From Pseudovirgaria hyperparasitica (Eukaryota), in the NCBI GenBank assembly GCA_010093815.1, contig ML996596.1: 64,000 nt of DNA; one strand, written 5' to 3'. Both the position numbers and the translations under genes were made by a program. Under the pieces are notes generated by a model that was not told the origin of the DNA, searched no databases, and worked only from the letters and a program-made list of their open reading frames with translations. Numbering within the stretch: position 1 is the stretch's first letter; the number at the start of each line of letters is the position of its first letter. Below are positions 1 through 13,175 of this stretch, in pieces.

Positions 1-95
1 AAAGAGACACTCCGGGCCTAGTAGGCCTCCTAGTAGAATAGGTACCTAGAGTAGATCCGAGGACCATAGAAGGAGCCGAGTAAATAGATATATAA
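1..95 (+). mobile_element. LINE (Tad1-like) ORF2 3' part, left piece of a copy interrupted by the LINE at 96-5402
   Basis: Matches 28791-28885 of the + strand LINE and resumes at 5403 after a duplicated aaatagatatataa (82-95 and 5403-5416). Confidence 0.85.
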
Positions 96-338
96 TAATA
101 ATAATAATAATATTATATAACTAGGTAGAGTAGTACTCTATAGGCCTATACCTCCTCTAGTCTAAGCCGCTATATAAGGAGAAACCCGAGTGGAAAAAAC
201 TCCCTTATGTCTATAACTACATCTCGTTAAACCTCTGTTTTGTCTTAAGTATACAGCTATAGGGTATACCTATTAGCCTATAGCCTATGTTACCGTTGTT
301 TTACCCTCAGGCAGCACGTGTAGGTGTAGGTGTGGAGG

Positions 339-369
339 TTATTAGTCAAGGGCTACCCTTAACTAATAA
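339..369. repeat. 31-bp palindrome, first of ~16 copies
   Basis: Copies start at 339, 5116, 5792, 9901, 16885, 19163, 20428, 25202, 29261, 30545, 35322, 37159, 45749, 53049, 55764 (degenerate) and 61399. Confidence 0.95.
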
Positions 370-419
370 TCGGGGTTCTCCCGGGGTTCTTCCGGTATAT
401 ATCGGGTTACTACCGGCGT

Positions 420-3400
420 ATGCCGGGTCTCTTCCGGTATATATTTCCGGGTCCACTAGTACTAGAGGAGTAGTAGATATATAAGTATCTATCGGGAGAT
501 ATTCTTAGGGTACTCATTAAGCTATTATGCGATATCTAAAGTCTTCGTAATATAGATAAGCCATTACTATTATATATGGAGGTTAGGGTATATAGCTAGA
601 TAGTGGCGTATTATACCTCTCCGGCCGTACGCTTTATACTATAGGGAGGTATCGGGAACGCCTCTCTTATAGAGGTAGTATAGAAGTCCTATAGCGCCCG
701 TTCGGGCTTAGATAAGTATAGATACTTAGGCTTTCGTTAGCCCTTTATATATCTATTTACTCGGCTCCTTCTATGGCCCTCGAATCCACTCTAGGTACCT
801 ATCCTACTAGGAGGTCTAGTGGGCATAGAGTGTCTCTTTCTACTTATCTTAGGTCCACGACCGTATATTCTTTACGAGTTCTTAAGGGCTCTACTAGTCT
901 AGGAGAGTATCCGGGTTATCTCGGATTTCTTATACTACTTAGCTAGAGTCGGTTTCTATTAAGCACCTATACCGTATTCGATTCCGGCCTATATATAGAA
1001 GTGCGCGGTAATATATACTAATTCGTGCACGTAGCGCGGCGAAAGTGTATTCTACGTTTCCTATACGTTCCTATGCTTATTATTTAGTGAAGTATACCAC
1101 CCTCTATATCTAGTAGAAGTTATATATACTTATGACGTCTATCTCGCGTCGTAGTAGCACCGTGTTAGTAGCTTTATATACGCCTAATATAAGACGGAGT
1201 ATGCGGTTCTATATAGATTCGAGCTTCATTCGCCTAGTCTATATAAGGGCCGTATACTAGCACTCGTGTCCGTACGTGAAGGCGGGTCGTGCTATAGATA
1301 TATATAGCTGGCGTGCCTTATCCCGGGCGGTTCCCTATGTGGAGGCTATAATCCGTCGTATAGCGGCTTCTACCTAGAGGGCCCTAGAGACGGCGTATGC
1401 TACTTGTGGTCCCCATTTAAGCTTGCTATCTAGTATAACTCCGAGCGCGTGCATGCTTTATACTAGTAGTTCGTTAAATACGTCGATTCGGGGGCGTCGT
1501 TCGCCTTCCCTAGTTACCTATTTCCCTTAACGATTAATAAAGTATATAAGCTAGTATTTCTCCGGGGCGAACTTTACTCCGTGGCGTTTTACCTACTAGA
1601 GGCACCTCTTATAGTCCTATTCTAGTCGTCTATACGTTCGGTTAGTATTATTATTAATGGCTAGGAGGTATATATTATCGGCGTATCCGACTACCTCTAT
1701 ATACTTTATTCCTTAAAGAAGGTCTACCGTAAAGAAGAGGAATAGAATCGGAGAGATGGTACTCCCTTATAGGATGCCGCATACCGTCTCTTTATATTCG
1801 CTCTAGTACCTAGGGATATATATCTAAGTTATTCTTCCTATAAGGAATAACTATATGAAGCGTATAATCCATTCTAGTATTCGTCTTATCCGGAGGTTAT
1901 AAATAAGTCTTATATAGTTTACCTTATTAAACGCTCCGGCCATATCGAGGGAGAGAAGCGATACTACCCGTCCCTATTTCCATGCGGCCTGGACGACTTT
2001 AATAATATATTAGATAGCTATTATTAGGGAGCTATCTACCTTTGCCTTCTAGTTCGGAGGGAGAAGATTATATTCCTATACCGCGGTGCTCATCTTCTTC
2101 GCTATCGTGGCCTCTAGTATCTTATCTAGTTAGGAGAGAAGGGCGATTAGTCTCTATCCCTTTAGGGAGTTAGGGCTCTTTCCTAGTTTCGGGAGTATAA
2201 TAGTATAGGCGACTCGGAAGCTCTAGGGGTGGTACCCCTACGTGACGCATGCTTAGAATATACGAGTAATAAGCGGTAGGGTTACTTTTATAGTGCTTTT
2301 TAGGCATCGATTTAGAATTCCATCTAGTCCGGGTGCTTTATTATTTGGGAGTGTCTTAATAATATTAAGTATATCCTCCTCCGTAACTTCTTCGGGGATA
2401 TCTACCGCGTATAGGTATTCGGCGCCGTGAACGTCTAATAGGTCTACTAGTTCCGGGAGAGGGAACATGGCCTCCCGTAGGGCCTTAGTTTTCTTAAGGC
2501 TCGTGGAGTATGTTCTCCCCTAATGTATTAGGGGAGGCATAAGTGGCGGGGGTGTCGGAGTGTCTACGCCCTTAGTCCATTTCGCCATGCGCCATAGCCC
2601 TATTACGTGTCGTGTCTATTAACTAGTAATTATACGCTACTATTTACGCCTTTCGTTACGGAGGACTTTATCGCGTTATCGTATTACTTCCTTCTATTCT
2701 TCCTACGACTCGGGTGTTCTCGTACGGTATACGCGTATATATAGCCTTTAGGCGTCTTATCTACTTTCCCGTACTCAAGGAATCCCCTTTGCTTCCGGGG
2801 GCCGGTATATTCGGTATAGTACGTGTTTATTTCTTATATTCTAGTATGTTTATAGGAGTGTCTATACGGCCTGGTCTATGGCTAGGTCGTTGGATATATC
2901 GACTATAGAGGGATCTAGGATCGCCGATTCTAGGTCCTTTAGGTACTTTTCCTAGTCGGTGTCCTTCTATATCCATCGTCCCCGTTATTTATTCGGGGTA
3001 TATACGTTTATTATAGTTTCTATATATTTATGGTCGGAATCCGTCTATACCTAGCCTAGGCGGTAGTATTAGATCCGGTAACTAATGTGCTCCGTGGCGA
3101 AGGTAAGGTTAAGCGTGGACCCGTCTTCGTCCTATTTATGTTTTTTCTATATAACTTATTCTATAGGTGTAAGTAGGTATAGGAAGTCGTGGCAGCGGGT
3201 GCGTAGTTCCCTTACTCTAAGTTCTTCCCTAACCATGGCTAGGCCTCTCTACTATTAGTGGTGGAGGTTGAAGTCTCCTAGGAGGATGTGTTACCCTAGT
3301 TCCGTGGTACCCTCGAGCATCTCGTCTAGTATAAGTATACGTTATTAGTTATATGTGTTATATATATATAGGGGGCCTATATCTATTTATAGGTGTAGTG

Positions 3401-3665
3401 TTATCCTAAGGTTATCGCGCTCGGTGTACGACCATGATAAGAGTGGTATTAACCTATGAATATGGAAGAGGACTCGTCTTTCTGGTCCTAGAGGGTGTAT
3501 AGTGTGGTATCCGGGGTGTGTGGTTGGTTTGCTCGTCTAGTAGTGTTTGTAGGGTTCCTAGATAGCGAGTATTATGGCCCCGGTCTCTTCGAGGAGCGTC
3601 GCCTGGTTCTCTCTTTTATATTATACGTTTACCTATATAATTCGGAGTATATTCTGGTCCCTTAT
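420..3665 (-). pseudogene. LINE ORF2 (APE endonuclease + reverse transcriptase), RIP-disrupted; 3' end approximate
   Basis: LGDFNLHH (~3260-3285), DSDH (~3030), KAPGLDGI (ORF 2253..2468), SLDMAGAFNKV (~1920-1955), GYADNI (ancestral YADD, ~1675-1692). Confidence 0.88.
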
Positions 3666-5113
3666 TAGGTACTAGGGAGTATATATACCTACATGCTTAT
3701 TCCTTAGAGGCGCGACTATCCTCGCGCGGCAGCGGCTTTAACTATGCCTTTTAGTCGTCCTATCGTCTTCGGGATAGTCTACTATCCCGCCTAACTACCT
3801 TCCGGAGGGGAGGTTAGAGGTGTTATAAAGGAAGGGCCCGTAGTAGATATTATATTCTATAACCATCTCGCGCCTCTCGCTTTTATCGTGCGAATGTATT
3901 CTATAATCTATTTACGTTTTATACACGTTAACGACCACGACGGGTGTTTCCCGTCGTAGTTTAAATACTATGCTATGTCCCTGTTTCTTAGTCCGTCTCC
4001 TCGCGGTTTATAAGGGCACTCCTAGGTAGCGTGGTCTCTACGGCACCATCCGCACTTGGTCTTCTATAAGCACCTTTATACAGTGTGTCTATACCCTTAA
4101 TAGTTAAAGCACTATATTATTACCCATGCCCTATCCCATGGCTCGGCCATAAGGAGCTCTCCTTCTACTAGGAATCCCTCCTATATAATGCGTTATACGA
4201 GGGCGGGGTCTCGGAGCTCTATAATTATAGTAGAGTGTTTTTTCGCCGTCGTCTTAATCGTCTATGGGTTCTTCTACCACGCTTTTATAATCTTAATCCC
4301 TGGGTATTTTCGCACGTTGGATTGTTCCATGCGCGTAATATCCTCCGCTCCGATAGCCTGTCCCCGCATAGGTACTACGTGTACTATAATTAGGTATGTA
4401 GCTACCCTAATAGACGCGCCGGGGAAGATACTACCTATCACGTTCGGATCTCGCGAGATGTTTTACTACGTAGTATTCGTTATAGTAGTAAGTACTACCC
4501 TACCTAGTGTAACTTTAGTAGCCACGACGCTCGACTACATTCCTTTCTATTCGTTAATCTTATTTATAATTTCCTTTGGGGATGCCTATTGGACCTACGC
4601 TAGCGTGTCCTTATCCTAGATTACGACATGTATACTATATACTCCATCTATAGTCCTAGTGGTCCTTAGTGCGGTAGCTCCGGGTATTACTATAATCTAA
4701 GCCCACGTGTTAGGGCGCTTACCTTAGGATAGCTCTTCCTAGATTCTCCGCAGGCTGGCTTCCATTCGGTCGAGCCTACCACTAGGTTCCTCCCGTAGTG
4801 ACTTCCTTTCTTCCTCTATAATTCCTCTTAGGTTCCGGATAAGGTCCCGGAATATATAAAGGAGGGTCTTCTTTCCCTCCTCGGCGTCCCTCTCTACACG
4901 TATTACCTAGTATTTAATTTTATCTAGGAGGGTCTCCCCTCTCGGGGTCCCCTCGGTCTAGGTTATCTATAGCGCTTCGCACCCTTAGTTAGTTCCTATA
5001 TTTTAGATAGGTGTCTAGCTATCCACATTAATATCGCTATATAGCCGTTTCTACCATACTAGTGGGGGCATATCCGGCGTATACCAGGGTATTACGATGC
5101 CTAAGGCCGCCAT
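3665..5113 (-). pseudogene. LINE ORF1 (gag-like, CCHC zinc knuckles), RIP-disrupted
   Basis: ATG at 5113-5111 (ccATGgcggcc). CFNCQGYGH-like knuckle near 4070-4120 after reverting TA to CA/TG. Confidence 0.8.
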
Positions 5114-5402
5114 GGTTATTAGTTAAGGGCAGCCCTTAACTAATAAAAGGGGGTCGGCGTATCGGCGTTTATTAGATATAGTCTATACTCATATTATTAA
5201 AGAGTCTTTAAGCGTATATATATAGTATCTCTATACGTTGGTATCGTCGCGTATTATACGCTACACGTACGCACGTATGTCGGAGGTTGTTATACTCGGT
5301 ATACTCTATCGTTTAATGTATGTAAATCGCTATTTTACCCCGAATTGACTAGTTTGGTCCGTTGGGGTGTAAGAAGTTTTTCAGCTATATATATATAAGG
5401 TC

Positions 5403-6063
5403 AAATAGATATATAAAGGGCTTATAAAGGCCTAGACATCTATACTCCTCTAAGCCCGAACGGGCGCTATAGAACTCCTATACTACCTCTATAAGAGAGG
5501 CGTCCCTAACGTATCTCTATGGTATAAGGCGTATAGCCAGAGAGGCATAATACGCTACTATCTTATAATATGCCCCGATCTTTATACGTAAAGGTAGAAG
5601 CTTATCTATATAATAAGAACCTCCGATATCGTATAATAGCTTAATAAGTACCCTAAGGACGTCGCCCGGTAGATGATTATACACCTACTACTCCTCTAAT
5701 TCTAGTAGACCCGGAAATATATACCGGAAGAGACCCGGTATACGCTAGTAGTAACCCGATATATACCGGAAGAACCCCGGGAGAACCCCGATTATTAGTT
5801 AAGGGCAGCCCTTAACTAATAACCTCCGCACCTACACGTGCTACCTAAGGGTAAAATAACAGTAATATAGACTATAGGCTAATAGGCGTACCCTATAGCT
5901 ATATACTTAAGACGAAATAGAGGCTTAACGAGATATAGTTATAGATATAAGGAAGTTTTTCCCTATAGGGTTTCTTCTTACATAGTAGCTTAGACTAGAG
6001 GAGGCATAGGCCTGTAGAGTACTACTCTACCTAGTTATACAATATTATTATTATTATTATTAT
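5403..6063 (+). mobile_element. LINE 3' end and tail, right piece of the copy at 1-95
   Basis: Matches 28872-29532 and ends in (tta)n at ~6043-6063. Confidence 0.88.
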
Positions 6064-9000
6064 AATATAGTATAAACTAGTATTTTAGATTATCTAAGCG
6101 TAATATAGTCTTCTCTAAGTATACTAGTATCTACGTATTATATATATAGTACGCTACTAATATATATATAAATAACCGCCCGTACTATACTTAGAAAGTA
6201 TTAATTATAATATAGAAGCGGTTTAAACATAACTATAAATACTACTAGTATACGCTTAAATATTACCCCCGTCTATTATATTACTAAAGTTATATATATA
6301 AGTAGATTATAACGACCGAATACCCTAATAGACGCGAATTACTTATCGATCGCCTTCTTTACTCGTTCTATAGGGGGTATACTAGTAAATATACCCTTTA
6401 ATCTATATCCTATATACTCTTAATTAATAATATATAAGACTATCTAATTAAATATATATTCTAATATACCCTTATATAGTTGATATAGAATATCTAGAGC
6501 GACCGCGTGGTATATATTAACTCTAGTAAGTAACTAGGTAAAATTATCTAATAGCTCTATCTATCTACTAGAATACTAAATCTTAACTAATTAGTAAATA
6601 TAATAGCCCTATACTACTAGCGTGAAAGATATCGACGAAAATAATAAGATACTAGATATACTTATTCTATTATCTATCTTACTACTAGTATACTTACTAC
6701 TATAGCTATTAGTTATTAACTTATAATATATATAGTAAATCTATTTCTATAACGACGAGTATATATAGAACTCCTATATACTAGTAATAGCTTCTTATAG
6801 ATACTATCGTCTATTACTAGAGACTATATATATTAGATATATATACTAATAGAATACACCTATAATAAGTACCTACTCTAGAAAATCTATAATATATAAA
6901 GCTAAACGTGGATAGTATATACGTAAGCCGCTATTAGTATATAATACTAATACTCTAGTACTCTATATAGCCTATAATACTATATAATAATTAGTATAGT
7001 TAATAACTCTATTATAGGCGGATATACAGACTAGAACTTTACTTATAACCTAATAGAATATAAAGTAATTTGCTACTATTTCTAGCTTAACTACTAGTAA
7101 TAGAGTAAGTAGTAGAAATAATAGTAGACTCCTAGATAAGCAGACATTTAGTAGTAGATTATAAATAGATAGATAGACTAGCTATACTACTCTATTACTA
7201 CTATAGTTAGTAAGATTTATCTTATCTAAAGATAAAATAATAGAGATAATAAAGGTACTATCTGGAATAGTAGTATATATATTCTACTAACTATCTACTA
7301 TATAGACTTTACTATATACCTAGTCGCCTAAACTAGTAAATTATTATACTAGCTTAAACATAAGCTTACTAGTAAATAGTTAGTATCTAAGAAGGAATTC
7401 TACTAACGTAAGCGGATCTCTATACTAGTATTTAACTATAGTAGTACTAAATATATTATAGCTATACTACTAACTTTTATATAGTATCCCTTTAGAGTAG
7501 TATAATAACTACTTATATATAATATTAGATTTTAGTATAAAAAGGTTAGAGGGTATAGTAGAAGTCTATTTAAGAATAGTAGTTAATTTATTATATACTA
7601 TATTTAAAATACTAAACTAATTCGTCTATATTATAAGGCGCTCTATAAACTTACTATTAAATTAACTAAATCGAGTCTACTAAATTAGTTACTACTATAA
7701 TAATAGACTATATATACTTACGTTAGACGGATTATTATATCTACTATAGTCTACTAGAATATATATACCGCTCTCTTCTTTAAACGTTTTCGTTAAATAT
7801 ATAGTACTAGATACTCTTATTACTATAGTTATAGTATTTCTACTATATATATTAGACTAATATACTAAATTAGTACTATAGCTACTAGTAACGCCCTCTA
7901 TAGATTCTAGGTCCGAAATATAATTAGAGAATATAGTAGTATCTTTATATAGAACTATATTAGTAGTAGAAGTATCTAATTCTATAGACTCGGACTTCTA
8001 ATTAATACTTAGTAGCTAAATACTAATAGAGCGAACTAAAGAGTTCTATTAACTAATATAACTATAAGTACTAAAGCCGCGCCGTAACCCGGTTAATAGT
8101 AGTAGCTATGGGCCTAATAGTTATAATAATAATAGTAATACGGTAAGCTATACTTATCTATATAGTTCCGAGTTATAGTACCTACGAATTATATAGTATA
8201 TACTACTAATCTTTCTACTATAGTATTAGTAGAAGACTATAGCCCGTAGTATCTTAAGGTATAGTTACTATAAAGGAAAAATACTATAGTATAATCGTTA
8301 GTAGATAGTAATAATATAGTATATAGTAGATATTCTAGGTATATACCGGAAGAAGTTAGGTGTAAGCCTATTAAAAGCCCGATATATATCTACTAGCCCC
8401 CGACTTCTACCCGGCTCTTAGTCCCTTAATTTCTATATATACTTATATAAAATTATTAATAATAACGCGTAAGTATTACGTATCTATATAAAATACTATA
8501 TTAGTCTATGTCTAAACCTTTATCGTATCTACTAGCTAGTTATTATTCTACTATCTAATATTATTACCTAGTAGGTTACTAACCTATAGCTAATAAAAAT
8601 ATCTACTAATCTCTTATATATCTTCTCTATAGAACCTCTAATATAGAAGATAGTTAAGGGGCTATCTAGCTACTATAGTAGTAATACTAATAGAAGATGA
8701 TCTAGTAACTATAGTAAACTAAACGGGATAGATAAATGAAAATACGATATAATATAGACACGTATTAGTATTAATAATAGGGACTTATATAATAGCTATT
8801 AATATAAAATATATATATATATATATCTAGCTTATCTTAACGTGTTCGTTTATCTACTAATAAACTAGTAGTCTAGGTATACTAGTAGTAAATATAGTAG
8901 TAACGCCCTATATAGCTTAGAAGTTATAGTAATATTCTACTATAATAGTAACTAGGGATATAATAGCCTTACGTTCTCTTCTCTACTATATTAGCTATCT

Positions 9001-9664
9001 AGCTTAATAGAAGAAGATAGAGAAATAGTAGTAGAGAGAGAACTAACTATCTATAAAAAGAGGCGGTCCTATAGAGATAGTCTCTAGCCTTATAAATAAG
9101 ACCGGTACCTTACGATAATAGAGATTTTAATTACTATAATGTTTTTAGGCCGGTTACTACTAGTATTTAATTATCTTAATATATAGCTAGATAGTAGCCT
9201 AGATAGTTTTAGAATACTAGTATAATCAGCCTAGATAGCCGCGGGAGATATTAATCTTAGTAGCTACTACCTTAATTATAATTTATAAAATATACCTCCC
9301 GCCTATATTATTACGCTAGTAAAGAAAGATATAATAGACTTCTATTACTAACTTCTCTCTAGAGTTAGATAGATAGTATCTAAATACTAGAACTAGAAGA
9401 TAGCTAAGAAGAGAAAAGCTAGTATAAGTAACCTAATATATAATAACACGTATATAGGAGTAAAGGTATACTACTTATATTATATTAGATATATTACTAA
9501 TTATTAGTATAATACTAGCGTAACTTAGAAAATATTTATAGGGCTAGTAGTAATTAAGGCTCTAAAGTTAGTTCTACTATAGTCCCTAAGATTCCTTAGA
9601 TTAAAGAAGTACTATAGTAGTATATTCCAACCGATTCTACTATCTATAATTACTATTATATATA
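6064..9664 (+). pseudogene. RIP-degraded non-LINE, non-LTR gene-like sequence of unknown identity
   Basis: No match to the TE families in this window. Residual peptide-like stretches such as IAFFTRSIGGILV (~6349-6387). Confidence 0.3.
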
Positions 9665-12600
9665 ATAATAATAATAATATTAGTAAACTAGGTAGAGTAC
9701 CACTCTATAGGCGCATGCCTCCTCTAGTCTAAGCTACTATATAAGAAGAAACCTACGAATAGGAAAAACTCCCTTATATCTATAACTACACTCTATCTAT
9801 CCTCTCGTTCTTTATATATATATAGCCCTAGGGGCTACCTATAGGCCTATAGCCTATATTATAATAGTTTACCCTTAGGTAGCACGTATAGGTGCGGAGA
9901 TTATTAGTTAAGGGCTGCCCTTAACTAATAATCGTGGTTCTCCTGGGGTTCTTCCGACGTATACTAGGGTTCTTCTAGTATATATCGGGCTTCTTCTAGT
10001 ATATATACGCGGGTCCACTAGAACTAGGGGAGAGGAAGGTGTATAAGTATCTATCGGGCGACGTCCTTAGAGTACTTATTAAGCTATTACGTAATATCGG
10101 AGGTCCTTATTATACGGACGAGGGCTTATCTTAGGGTATAGAGGCTAGAGCACGTCGCGAGATAGTGGCGTATTATATCTCTCCGGCTATAGTCCTCGCA
10201 CTAGGGAGATATATCTAGGACGCCTCTCTAGTAGAGATAATATAGAAGACCTATAGCGCCTATTCGGGCTTAGAGGAGCATAGATACTTAGGCCTTCGTT
10301 AGCCCTTTATATATCTATTTACTTAGTTCCTTCTAAGGCCCTCGGATCTATTCTAGATACCTATTCTATTAGGAGGCCTACTAGGCTTTAAGTACCTCCC
10401 TCTATTTATTCTAGATCTACGACTATATAACGCGGCTAAGCTCCTTAGGGCTCTATTAGCTCGGGACGGTATCCGGGTTATTTCGAACCTCCTACGCGGT
10501 CTAGCTTAAGTCCGCCTCTATATAGTATTTATATTATACTCGAGTTTATTCTATAGTAGAGAGGGCCTAGTAATACGCGCGGATACGTATACGTAGTACG
10601 GCGAAGATATATACTCTATCTCCTCTACGTTCTTATACTTATTATTTAGTAAAGTATATAAGTCTCTATGTCTAGTAGAAGTCCTATATACTCGTTACGT
10701 TTATCTCGCGTTAGAGAAGCGTCGTGTTAGTAGCTTTATATACGCCAGAGATAAGGCGGAGTATATAGTTTTATATAGACTTAAGCTTTGCCCGCCAAGC
10801 TTATATAAGGGCCGTATACTAGTACTCGTATCTATATATAAAGGCTAGGCGTACTAGGGAGACGTATAGCTATCTCGCCTTATCCCGGGCTGTTCTCTAC
10901 ATAGATACCGTAATCTAGTATATAGTGGTTTCTACCTAGAGGGCTCTAGAGACGGCGTGTGCCACCTATAGTCCCCATTTTAGCTTATTATTAATTATAA
11001 CGCCGAGTGCTCGTATACTCTATACTAGTAGTTCTATAAAGGTATTAATTTAGGGGCGACGTGCCCCCTCCCTAGTAGCCTATTCTCTATAGCGGTTAAT
11101 AAAGTATATAAGCTAGTATTTTTTAGGTACGAATTTTACTCCATGGCGCTTTATCTACTAGACGCATTTCTCGTGGTCTCGTTCGAGTCGTGTATATATT
11201 CTACTAGTACTACTATCGACTATAAGGAGGTATATATCGTCCGCGTATCTAACTACCTCTATATATTCTATTCTCTAAAGAAGGTCTACTATAAAGAAGA
11301 GGAAGAGGATCGGGGAGATAGTACTCCCTTACGGGATGCCGTATACCGTCTCCTTATATTCGCTTCGGTATCCGGGGATATATATTTAAGTAGTCCTTTA
11401 CGCGAGGAAGGACTATATAAATCGTATAATCCACTTAGGTATTCGCGTTATCCGGAGGTTATAGATAAGTCTTATATGGTTTACCTTATTAAACGCCCCT
11501 ACTATATCTAGGGAGAGTAGCGTAATAACTCGTCCTTATTTCTATATAGTCTAGATAACCTTAAGGATGTGTTAAATAGCTATAATTAGGGAGCTTTCTA
11601 CCTTCGCCTTCTAGTTTACTAGGAGAAGGCCGTATACCTATACTACTATACTTATCTTCTTAGTAATCGTAGCTTCTAGTACCTTACTAAGGTAGAAGAG
11701 GAGGGCGATCGGCCTCTATCCCTTCGGCGTATTTAGGCTCTTCCCTAGTTTTAGGAGTATAACTATATATATAGTTCGGAAGCTCTATAGGTGGTATCCT
11801 ATACGGGCGCACGCTTAGAATATATGGCCTATAATTAGTAAGGTCGCCTATATAGTCCTCTTAAGGCATTAATTTGGAATTCCATCTAGCCCGGGCGCTT
11901 TATTATTCAGGAGTATCTTAATAGCGCCGAGTATATCGTTATCCGTGATTTCCCTAGGGATACTTACAGCTTCTAGGTATTCCGTGCCGTCGATATCTAA
12001 TAGGTCTACGGGTTCTAGGAGAGGGAATATAACCTCTTATAGGATCTCTATTTTCTCGAGGCTCGTGGAGTACGTCTTTTCTTAATATATAAGAGGGGGT
12101 ATAAGTGGTATAGGTGTCGGGGAGGCGGTGCTTTTAGCCTATTTTACTATATACCATAGTCTAGTAGTATTACGTATGTATCTATCCGTGACTATATACT
12201 ACTATTTACGTCGCTCGTTACGGAGGACCTTATCTTATTATCTTCTCGCCTCTCTCTATTTATCCTACGCTTTAGGTATACGGTTATAGTATACGCGTAT
12301 ATATAATCTCCGGACTTCTCGCCTATACTCTCGTACTTAAGGTATGCTTTTCGGGTCTAGGGGTCTATATATTCGGTACGGCACGTGTTTATCTCTTACT
12401 CCCTAGTATATCTATAGGAGTATATTCACGGCCTGGTTAATGGCCGGGCCATTAGATACGTCGACTATAGACGGGTCTAGGATCGTTAATTCTAGGTCCT
12501 TCAGGTACTTTTCCTAGTTAGTATCCTTCTATAGCTATCGCCCTTATTAGTCTTAAGGGGTAGATACATCTATTACGGTCTCCATGTATTCGTAGTTAGA

Positions 12601-13175
12601 GTCTATCTATATAAGGCTTAGGCGGTAGTATTAAGTTCTATTATAAATATATCTAGTGGCTAGGGTAAGGTCGAGTGTAGATCCGCCCTTATCTTATTTA
12701 TATTTTCGCTAGGTAATCTATCCTACTAGTATAAGAAGGTATAGAAAGCCGTAGTATTAGGTGCGTAGTTCTCTAGCTCGAAGCTCTTCGCGGGTGACGG
12801 TTAGTCTACCCTACTAGCTATAATAGAGGTTGAAGTCTCCTAGGAGGATATATTATTCTAGCTTAGTAGTACCCTTAAGCATGTTATCCGCCTAAAGCGA
12901 TTAGTTCTAATTATATATATTATATATATAGAGGGGTCCGATGTTCGTCTAGAGGTGTAGTATTATCTAGAGGTTATCCCGTTTAGTATACGACCATAAT
13001 AAGAGTAGAATAGACTTATAGATATGGAAGAGGACTCTCCTCTCCGGTCCTAGGGGGTGTATTATATAATATCCTAGGTGTGTTATTGGTTTATTCGTCT
13101 GGTAGTGTTTATATAGCTTCTATATAGCGAGTATTATAGCTCCGGTCTCCTCGAGGAGTGTCGCCTAGTCCTCTA
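9665..13175 (-). mobile_element. 5'-truncated LINE (divergent subfamily B) with almost complete ORF2 and 3' UTR
   Basis: Tail at 9665-9680. Colinear with subfamily A ORF2 (LGDFN ~12830, GYADD ~11235-11250). Homology stops near the ORF2 start. Candidate TSD actattatatata at 9652-9664 and 14357-14369. Confidence 0.88.

Larger units (their letters stand above)
96..5402 (-). mobile_element. Full-length RIP-inactivated LINE (subfamily A)
   Basis: Tail is (aat)n on + at ~96-110. The 5' end gaaaaacttc..caccccaacgg lies at ~5360-5382. ~14 bp TSD. Near-identical reverse complement of 30308-35592. Confidence 0.93.

Noticed and set aside
287..484. Track ORF and similar antisense ORFs (2714, 4188, 11143, 18857, 24403, 25752, 31099, 34745, 50507, 63189) as genes
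   Set aside because: They are antisense to TE or relic frames, rich in I/Y/L/V as expected after RIP, and best explained as chance frames.
2253..2468. MFPLPELVD ORFs (also 22342 and 33223) as a small gene family
   Set aside because: They are stop-free remnants of LINE ORF2 just upstream of the RT core.
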